Origin: Parvibaculum sp. | Lineage (GTDB): Bacteria > Pseudomonadota > Alphaproteobacteria > Parvibaculales > Parvibaculaceae | Direction: 5' to 3' (one strand) | Length of the DNA stretch: 64,000 nt | NCBI RefSeq assembly: GCF_031291615.1 | Contig: NZ_JARLIS010000035.1 | Notes under the pieces: generated by a model | Seen by the model: only the letters and a program-made list of their open reading frames with translations | What the model was told of the DNA's origin: nothing | Databases searched by the model: none | Translations under genes and position numbers: made by a program | Shown: piece by piece, positions 57,062-64,000 of the stretch | Layout of the letters: the number at the start of each line of letters is the position of its first letter | How positions within the stretch are numbered: the first letter of the stretch is position 1

Positions 57062-58467
57062 TCAGCGCCCCGGTTCGCCGGTGCGTTTCGCCCCCGAATT
57101 GGGGTGTGCCGTGAAATGAAGCAGGCGAAGTCGTCCGCTTTCGAGGGCGCGGCTCCTTGCGAGCCACAGGTTGCCCTCAGCCATCAACATGGCGGCTGTT
57201 TCCGGCGGAAGTTTGGCGTTTTGCAGGCAAGTATGCAGCCTTTTCCATCCGGCCTGGATCAAGGGGAGATATTCCGCCGTCAGATCCTCGAATGCGTCGA
57301 CCTTGTACTTCAGCTCCGCAAGCATCTCGCCATATTCATCGATGCGCGCGGGCAGGGGATTTCCCGGCTCCGTCGCGCGCCAGGCCGCAAAGGACGGATC
57401 GTTGACGTCGTCCGTGCTGAGGGCGAAGTCGGTAATGACCAATGCGCCGTCCGGCGTCAGCGCCCGATGGAGCTTCGCCAGCAGCTTCTTGCGATTGGCG
57501 ACCGGAAGAGCACCTGCCGCGCGAATATCGCCTGATAGCAGCCGTCCTCGAAGGTCACGCTGTCCACGGATGCGCAGCGCACGGGCGCCGTCTGGCCGAA
57601 GCCGAGCTCGTCGGAAATCGCCTGGCCGGCCGCTGCGAGCTCGGGGTCGGCTTCGATCCCTTCGACGATGACGTGGTGTGTGTTGGCCAGCGCCCGCGCC
57701 GCGCCGCCGAGACCGGCCGACAGATCGAGGCAGGGCTTGCCCGGCGCGAAGTCCATGCCCTGGGCAAGGCGTAGCGCAAACTCTTCGCCGCCCGGCAGGT
57801 GAAAACCGTCGCCCCAGAGCGTCTGCATGATCTGGAAGCGGTCGAGCGGCATGACCTCGGGCGTGCCCGCTTCACCTGGAGAAACTTCCGCCGGGGCCGC
57901 TTCTGCGACCGCTGCCGCTGCGGCGGCCGGAGCGGCCTCGGCCTTCGCCGCGGGCTTTTTGACCGGCGCATCGGCCTTCTTCTCGACTTTGGGTTTCGCG
58001 CCGCCCTGCTTTTCGCGGGCGGCATCGAGAGCGGCCAGCTCCTCGACGCTCACGCCTTCCCACCAGGCGCGAAGCCGCTTCTTGAAATCGGGAAAGGGAC
58101 CGCGCTTCGACGTGCCGGCCGGCTGGCCGGATTTGGCGGGCGATGCGGGAGGTTCGAATTCACCGGCGCCGCCCGGACGCTTGTCGGGATGTTCGACCAG
58201 ATATTTTTCGAGCGCCTGGCGGTGATGGCTGCTGAGTTTGCGCATGCGGCGGAAGCGCGCGATGGCATCGCCCGACATGCGTTCGAGGCAGGACGTGAAG
58301 ACCTGCACCGACATGGCTTCGAGTTCGGCCGTGCCGACTGTCGCCAGATTGATTGTCGCGCTCTCGCCCATGCGTTCCTGCCGCGCCTCCGCTTCCTTCT
58401 GGAAGCCCCGTGTGGCGTCAGCGCCGCTCCGTCCCGCCGGAGGCGAATTGCGCATAACGCCCAACAT
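57062..58467 (-). pseudogene. SAM-dependent methyltransferase (phosphoethanolamine-N-methyltransferase-like domain) interrupted by a 1-nt frame shift
   Basis: Two track ORFs (57457-58467 and 57062-57442) are the halves of one class-I MTase fold. Restoring one base near 57502-57507 gives ...YQAIFARQVLFPVANRKKLLAKLHRALTPDGALVITDFALS... Confidence 0.7.
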
Positions 58468-58657
58468 GCCCTTTTTGACGCAATAGTCTTAAAATCGTGT
58501 ATCCCGCCATGGTGAAATTCGCGTTCAGGGCGGTTGTCAGGGCCTTCCGCGTGATTAAAATGCAAATTCCAGGGGGAGGTACTCCAAAGGCGGCCCGGCG
58601 GAGATGGTCCGGGCCCTGATGGGTTTGTACTCAAGGGCGACGGGGCGGCGCCATTGA

Positions 58658-60952
58658 ATGACTAAAGTGTTAAATCCGGTGCTGCGCGCGCCGCGTACCG
58701 TGATGGCGTTGTGTTTCCTGATTTGCATGATCGCGGAAGCCGGCCTTCCGCGGCTGACGCTGTCCTCGGACAGCCGCGTCTTTTTCGATCCCAAAAGTCC
58801 CGAACTGGTCGAACTGGAAAAGTTCGAGCACAAATACGGCCAGAACAACGGCGTGCTGATGGTCGTCTCGGCGGGCGACGAGAAGGTGACGAGCCCCCAT
58901 GTGCTCGCCGCCATCGGTGACCTCACCAAACGCGCCTGGAAGCTCCCGCATTCGACGCGCGTGGAGTCGCTGACGAATTTCCCTCACGTCGAGGCCGACG
59001 CCGACAGCTTCTCCGTCGAAGAGCTGGTGCCAGATCCCGCCCATGTGACGCCGGAACAGGCGCAGAAGATCGAGCGCATAGCGATCGACGATCCGCTTGT
59101 CCGCAACAGGCTCATCGCGGCCGACGGCAAGGCTGCGGGCGTCCTCGTCAATTTCAATCTTCCCGAGGAAGGCTCGAAGCAGGTCCGCGAGATCATCGCC
59201 GCGAGCCGCGAGCTTGCCGCCAAACTGGAAGCTGATCACCCCGGCATCGACGTGAAGCTCACCGGCAATGTGATGCTGCTCGGCACCTTCGCCGAAGCCG
59301 CCGTCAGCGACGCGACATTGCTGATTCCCGTCAGCCTCGTCGTCACCTCGCTCATCATGGTTCTCTTCGTCCGCGCCATCCGGCCGAGCATCGCCATCCT
59401 GACGCTGCTCGTTCTCTCCAGTGCCTCGGCCATGGGCGTCGCGGGCTGGCTCGGCTATGTGGTCAATCCGGCGAGCATCGCCGCGCCCATCATCATCATG
59501 ACGGTGAACATGGCCGCCGCCGTTCGCATCGTCACCACGGCCATGTCCGAACTGGGGCAGGGCAAGACCAAGCTCGACGCCATCAGGATCGCGCTGCGCA
59601 TCCACGTCCGGCCCGTCACGCTGACCAACGCGACGAGCGCCATCGGCTTTCTGTCCATGAACCTCGCCGAAGCGCCGCCCTTCCGCGACCTCGGCAACAT
59701 GGTCGCCATGGGCATCGGCTTTGCCTATGTCTTCACCTTCACCTGGCTCCCGGCGATGCTGGTGCTGACGGAATTGAAGCCGACGCAGAACCGCTCCGAA
59801 CGCTTCATGATCGGGCTCGGCCGCTTCGTGAACCGCTACTATATGGGCCTCTTCGTGCTTTGCGGCGTCATCGTCGTCGCCTCCAGTTTCTGGCTCGAAA
59901 AGATCACGCTCGACGACGACTTCGCCCGCTACTTCGACGGCCGTTTTCAATATCGCCAGGATTCCGACTTTGCCGAGGACCGGCTGACCGGCCTCAACAT
60001 CATCGAATTCGATGTCGGCTCGGGCAAGGAAAGCGGCGTCTACGATCCGGCCTATCAGCGCAAACTGTCCGATTTCGTCGACTGGCTCCGCGCCCAGCCG
60101 CATGTCGTCAGCGTGCTGGCGATCCCGGACATCACGCGTCGCATCAACAAGGCGATGAATGCCGGAAAACCCGGCGATCAGGCGCAGATACCCGACGATT
60201 CCGACAAGATCGCGCAATACTTCCTGCTCTATGAGCTGTCGCTTCCCTACGGCTCATCGCTCACCGATCAGATCAATGTCTCCCGCTCGTCGAGCCGCGT
60301 GACGGCGATTTTGAAGCATGTGAAGTCGAGCGAGATCAGGACCATCAACGCGGCGGCGCAATCCTGGCTCGCCGCCAACGCGCCGCCGGCGATGAAGGCG
60401 GACGGCATCAGCATCAACGTCCTCTTCTCCACCGTATCCTGGATCAACATCCGCTCGATGATTGGCAGCACCATCATCTCCATGCTGGTCATTGCCGCCA
60501 TCGTCGCGCTGGCCTTGCGCAGCGTCACTTATGGCTTCCTCAGCATCCTGATGAACGTGCTGCCCTCGATTGTTGGCTTCGGCATCTGGGGACTTCTGAT
60601 CGGGCAGATGGGGCTTGCCGCCTCGGTCATCACGGCCATGACCATCGGCCTCGTCGTCGACGATACGATCTACTTCCTGCTGATGTATCAGGCGGCGCTG
60701 AAACGCGGGCTCAACGCGGAGGAGGCGATCAACGAAGTCTTCGCCACCGTCGGCACCGCCATGCTGGTCATCACCTCGTCGCTGGCCATCGGCTTCGGCG
60801 TGCTGGTCGCTTCCGGCTTCGAGGTCAACCGCTCGCTGGGCGCGCAGACATCCATCGTCATCCTCGCTAATCTTTTCATCGACTGGTTGATGCTGCCGCC
60901 GCTCCTGCGCTTGATGAGCCGTCGCGCCCAGGCGAAGGCCGCGGCCGTTTAG
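58658..60952 (+). CDS. MMPL/RND-superfamily exporter (two 6-TM bundles with sterol-sensing-like region; HpnN/MmpL-like)
   Basis: 764 aa. An N-terminal TM plus periplasmic domain, then 5 TM, with the whole arrangement repeated. Typical MMPL start (...RVFFDPKSPELVELEKFEHKYG). Confidence 0.8.
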   Translation: MTKVLNPVLRAPRTVMALCFLICMIAEAGLPRLTLSSDSRVFFDPKSPELVELEKFEHKYGQNNGVLMVVSAGDEKVTSPHVLAAIGDLTKRAWKLPHSTRVESLTNFPHVEADADSFSVEELVPDPAHVTPEQAQKIERIAIDDPLVRNRLIAADGKAAGVLVNFNLPEEGSKQVREIIAASRELAAKLEADHPGIDVKLTGNVMLLGTFAEAAVSDATLLIPVSLVVTSLIMVLFVRAIRPSIAILTLLVLSSASAMGVAGWLGYVVNPASIAAPIIIMTVNMAAAVRIVTTAMSELGQGKTKLDAIRIALRIHVRPVTLTNATSAIGFLSMNLAEAPPFRDLGNMVAMGIGFAYVFTFTWLPAMLVLTELKPTQNRSERFMIGLGRFVNRYYMGLFVLCGVIVVASSFWLEKITLDDDFARYFDGRFQYRQDSDFAEDRLTGLNIIEFDVGSGKESGVYDPAYQRKLSDFVDWLRAQPHVVSVLAIPDITRRINKAMNAGKPGDQAQIPDDSDKIAQYFLLYELSLPYGSSLTDQINVSRSSSRVTAILKHVKSSEIRTINAAAQSWLAANAPPAMKADGISINVLFSTVSWINIRSMIGSTIISMLVIAAIVALALRSVTYGFLSILMNVLPSIVGFGIWGLLIGQMGLAASVITAMTIGLVVDDTIYFLLMYQAALKRGLNAEEAINEVFATVGTAMLVITSSLAIGFGVLVASGFEVNRSLGAQTSIVILANLFIDWLMLPPLLRLMSRRAQAKAAAV

Positions 60953-61092
60953 GGTAAACTTGGCAATTTAGTCACACAGCACATTGAAACGCTTGTGAAG
61001 TACTCGTTAACTATATGGTAACGTTTGCAATTCGTTAACGGGTGTGATTCCTTTCGAATATTGAATTGTTTATTGTAGGAGTGGGGCTGGTG
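60953..61092 (+). promoter_or_regulatory. AT-rich intergenic region with repeated GTTAAC/TTGCAATT motifs (promoter/operator region of the PilZ-methyltransferase gene)
   Basis: TCGTTAAC at 61004-61011 and 61032-61039. T(G/T)GCAATT at 60961-60968 and 61024-61031. TTAA-N7-GTAAC at 61007-61022. Near-palindrome TTCGAATATTGAA at 61053-61065. Confidence 0.5.
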
Positions 61093-62544
61093 ATGCGGAC
61101 CTACGAGGAACTGACAGGCGCCGAAGGCCGGCGCATGTTCTACCGGGCAGAGCGCTTCCGGCCGGATGACCTTTTCAAGGAATCCGTGCCCGTCGTGATG
61201 ATCGGCGATGAACGCGCGGCGCTGAAGAACATCAGCATGACCGGCGTTGCCGTGCAGTCGAGCAGGCTCGATGCCTGGGATGCGCGCATCGGCACCGAAA
61301 TGCCCTTCGAGCTGCGCGTCGGCGAGGATCGTCTATACGGCGGCGCTGGCCGCATCCGCCGCGTCGAGCCGCATGGCGCGCGCGCGACCGTCGCGCTCGA
61401 ATTCACCACCGGCTTTCTCGACATTCCCGCGATCGTCACCGATCACGACAACCTCCTTCTCGCCCAGGCGCTGGCCGACCCCGCCTTCGGAACGTCGGAG
61501 GGTATCCTTCCGGAGTTCGCGCAGCTCTGCACCGAAATCGTCAATCTCTTCCGTTCCTACAAGCAGGTCCTCGAGAGCTTCGAGGCGCGGCTGAAGGCGA
61601 CGGGCCGCGAGCGCGAGCAGAAACTTCTCGAAGCCCTCATCGCTTGCGAGGACCGCATCGTCCCGCAGTGGAAGGAACTCTGGTATCGCGGCAGCGACGT
61701 GCTTGAGCCCGTCTGGAGCGACCCGGCGACGCTCGCCCGCCACAAGCGTTATGCCGAACGCGTGCTGACGCCGGACTTCATGCCGGGCGCCGTCATGCGC
61801 CGCTGCTATGAAAAGCCGCTCGGCTATCCCGGCGACTTCCAGATCATGAACTATGTCTATGAGTGGCAGCGCGTCGGCAACACGCCATACGAGAAGCTCC
61901 TTCATCGCATCGGCATCGAGACGGGCGCCTGCGTCGGCACGCGCCTGCGGATGACGCAGAAGATCCTGGGCGAGCGGATCGCGGCAAATCCCGGCGACAA
62001 GGCCATGAACATCGCCAATCTCGGCTGCGGCTCGGCCTATGAAGTCTATGACTATCTGAAGATCGACCGGCTTGCGCGGCCGGTGAATTTCACGCTGATC
62101 GATCAGGACCAGCGCGCGCTCAGCCACGCCTATGAGCATGCCTATCCGGAAGTCGTGCGCCATGCGGGCAGGGCGAAGGTGCAGTGCCTGCAAGCCTCTT
62201 TCGCGCAGCTCCTGAAGGCGGGTGCGCTCTTCCAGACCTTGCCGCCCCAGGACATTCTCTACAGCCTCGGGCTCTTCGACTATCTCTCGCATCGCCGCGC
62301 CCGCGCGCTCGCGCACGACCTCTATGCGCAGGTCGCGCCCGGCGGCAAGCTGATCATCGCCAATGTGAAGCAGGGCCGCGAGACGTGTCAGTGGCCGCTC
62401 GAATTCGTCACCGACTGGAGCCTCATCTATCGCACCGAGGACGACATGCGGGCGATGCTGAAGGGGCTCGATGTCGAGAAGGTGACGATCGAGGAAGACG
62501 CGACCAAATGCGTCTGGGTGATGGTCGCCGACAAGCCGCTCTGA
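61093..62544 (+). CDS. PilZ domain - class I SAM-dependent methyltransferase fusion protein
   Basis: The track start at 61066 is TTG. ATG 61093 has AGGAG upstream. PilZ motifs RRMFYR and NISMTG are 28 residues apart. MTase motifs [27 protein letters not shown]. Confidence 0.75.
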   Translation: MRTYEELTGAEGRRMFYRAERFRPDDLFKESVPVVMIGDERAALKNISMTGVAVQSSRLDAWDARIGTEMPFELRVGEDRLYGGAGRIRRVEPHGARATVALEFTTGFLDIPAIVTDHDNLLLAQALADPAFGTSEGILPEFAQLCTEIVNLFRSYKQVLESFEARLKATGREREQKLLEALIACEDRIVPQWKELWYRGSDVLEPVWSDPATLARHKRYAERVLTPDFMPGAVMRRCYEKPLGYPGDFQIMNYVYEWQRVGNTPYEKLLHRIGIETGACVGTRLRMTQKILGERIAANPGDKAMNIANLGCGSAYEVYDYLKIDRLARPVNFTLIDQDQRALSHAYEHAYPEVVRHAGRAKVQCLQASFAQLLKAGALFQTLPPQDILYSLGLFDYLSHRRARALAHDLYAQVAPGGKLIIANVKQGRETCQWPLEFVTDWSLIYRTEDDMRAMLKGLDVEKVTIEEDATKCVWVMVADKPL

Positions 62545-62554
62545 GGCTCGAAGG

Positions 62555-64000
62555 TCAGCGCACGTTCCAGCGGATTTCCTCGCTCGGATCGGGAACGACG
62601 AAACGGCTCTTCGGGAAGGTCGCCGTCACGGTCGTGCCTTCGCCGACGACGCTCTCAAGGTCGACCGAACCGCCATGCAGGCTCATGATCTTGCGGACGA
62701 GCGGCAGGCCAAGGCCCGTGCCCTGATGCGTGCGCGACATGGCGTTCTCGACCTGCACGAAAGGTTCGAAGATGCGCGTGATGTCGGATTTCTTGATGCC
62801 GATGCCGCTGTCCTTGACCGTCAGCACCAGATTGCCCGATGCGTCGATGGCGATCTCGATCCAGACATTGCCGCCTTCGGGCGTGAATTTGAGCGCGTTC
62901 GAGGTGAGGTTGATCGCCACCTGATTGAACAGCCGCGGATCGGCGATGATCCAGGGAATGTCGTCGCGCACGCGGAACGAAAGATCGACGCCAAGCTCCG
63001 ACGCGCGCTGGCGGAACATGCGCATGGCCCGGTTGAGCGACTCGACCGGATCAATCGGCTCCTCTTCGAGTTGCAGCCGTCCGGCCTCCGCCTTCGATAT
63101 ATCGAGAATGTCGTTGATGATGCTGAGCAGATGCGTTCCGCTCGAGCGGATGTCGCCCGCATAGTCGGCATATTTCGCCTGGCCGACGGGCCCGAACATC
63201 TGGTTCGCGATGATCTCCGAAAAGCCGATAATGGCGTTGAGCGGCGTCCGCAATTCATGGCTCATGATCGCGAGGAAGTCGTTCTTCGCCCGGTTCGCCG
63301 CTTCCGACCGGCTGAGCAGGCGCTCCGATCGCGTGCGCTCGAAACGCAGCTTCTCATTGTCGACGTAGCTTATCCGGAGCTGATATTCCTGGATGTAATT
63401 GATGAACAGGCTGACGCCGATCGCGAAGACGAGGAAGGCGTTGTTGTTCATCAGGATGATCGGCGGCACCGGATTGACATAGAGCAGCACCGCCTCGTAG
63501 CAGGCGAAGACGAAGAGCGATATGCCGCTTGAATAGAGGCAGCCGAGCCGCCACAGGCAGTTGTTGTAGCCGATGATGATGATGAGGCCGGCATAATAGA
63601 GATAGCTGCCGGGCGCGCCCGCAAGCGCGGTCATGGCGACGACGCAGAGCCCCGGTATCGCCAGCGACAGGGCGAGCACAGATTGATGCTTGTGCGAGAA
63701 CCACGGCATGTAGGAAATGACCACGAGGCCCAGCAACAGCGGCGCGGCGACGACGAACCGGATCGCCCAGGCTTCATAGAGAATGTCCGGGATCACATAG
63801 GTATCGAACAGCGAATAGATGCCGAAAATGATCGCGCCGCCGCCGATCGATATGCGCGTAAGCCCGATCTGGCGATTGAAATTGTCGATGCGGAACGCTT
63901 CCTCAACCTCCGGCTCGCGGAAGTTGAGCGTTAGCAGATTCAGCGCGTAGCGGTTCGGGCTGCCGGCGGAATTCGGCGCAGCATCTCCCTGCGCGCCCCG
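62555..64000 (-). CDS. membrane sensor histidine kinase, orphan; 5' end lies beyond the right edge
   Basis: H-box [46 protein letters not shown]. The track start at 63796 is an internal GTG. The frame stays open to position 64000 (...[39 protein letters not shown]...). Confidence 0.85.
   Translation of the reverse strand, partial: RGAQGDAAPNSAGSPNRYALNLLTLNFREPEVEEAFRIDNFNRQIGLTRISIGGGAIIFGIYSLFDTYVIPDILYEAWAIRFVVAAPLLLGLVVISYMPWFSHKHQSVLALSLAIPGLCVVAMTALAGAPGSYLYYAGLIIIIGYNNCLWRLGCLYSSGISLFVFACYEAVLLYVNPVPPIILMNNNAFLVFAIGVSLFINYIQEYQLRISYVDNEKLRFERTRSERLLSRSEAANRAKNDFLAIMSHELRTPLNAIIGFSEIIANQMFGPVGQAKYADYAGDIRSSGTHLLSIINDILDISKAEAGRLQLEEEPIDPVESLNRAMRMFRQRASELGVDLSFRVRDDIPWIIADPRLFNQVAINLTSNALKFTPEGGNVWIEIAIDASGNLVLTVKDSGIGIKKSDITRIFEPFVQVENAMSRTHQGTGLGLPLVRKIMSLHGGSVDLESVVGEGTTVTATFPKSRFVVPDPSEEIRWNVR

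Noticed and set aside
57499-57510. Programmed -1 ribosomal frameshifting in the methyltransferase gene.
   Set aside because: The sequence at the switch (C UCU UCC GGU) is not an X XXY YYZ slippery heptamer, and no downstream pseudoknot is evident. A 1-nt deletion or sequencing error in the GG run is more parsimonious.

Overview
The window is a dense, high-GC chromosomal segment (roughly 60-65% GC by eye, strong GC3 codon bias). GC content, gene set and intergenic repeats suggest an alphaproteobacterium of the Hyphomicrobiales/Rhizobiales type, possibly Parvibaculum-like; I cannot confirm the taxon without a search. I support about 62 protein-coding genes, one tRNA-Val(CAC), several Rho-independent terminators and three families of palindromic intergenic repeats. 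I saw no transposase, integrase, phage gene, CRISPR array or rRNA.

Content is mostly core metabolism:
- cobA, purC, rpiA, gor, class II DAHP synthase, nadE, gltX, cimA, psd-pssA and gabD.
- A marked excess of acyl-CoA/lipid enzymes: four acyl-CoA dehydrogenases including an adjacent large/small pair, an enoyl-CoA hydratase, an MFE-2-like SDR, a PaaI thioesterase and three tandem enone-reductase paralogs.
- A DUF2946/barrel/CopC/CopD copper module.

The ORF track accepts TTG and GTG starts and contains many long antisense shadow ORFs, so I re-derived several starts.

The most interesting signals are:
1. A PilZ (c-di-GMP receptor) domain fused to a SAM methyltransferase. It lies between an MMPL/RND exporter and an orphan sensor kinase, downstream of psd-pssA and of a second methyltransferase.
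2. That second, PEAMT-like methyltransferase is split by a single-base frame shift near 57502-57507.
3. A large patatin-like lipase beside a protein made of two tandem winged-helix repeats and an orphan OmpR-type regulator, next to tRNA-Val.
4. An identical 'PAFA|HA' signal-peptide junction, exposing an N-terminal His, on both CopC and the neighbouring barrel protein.
5. Anti-SD hairpins shared by two of the three reductase paralogs.
6. Three repeat families, including a roughly 90-nt long-hairpin element present twice.

All functional calls come from motif recognition by eye. No database search was run.
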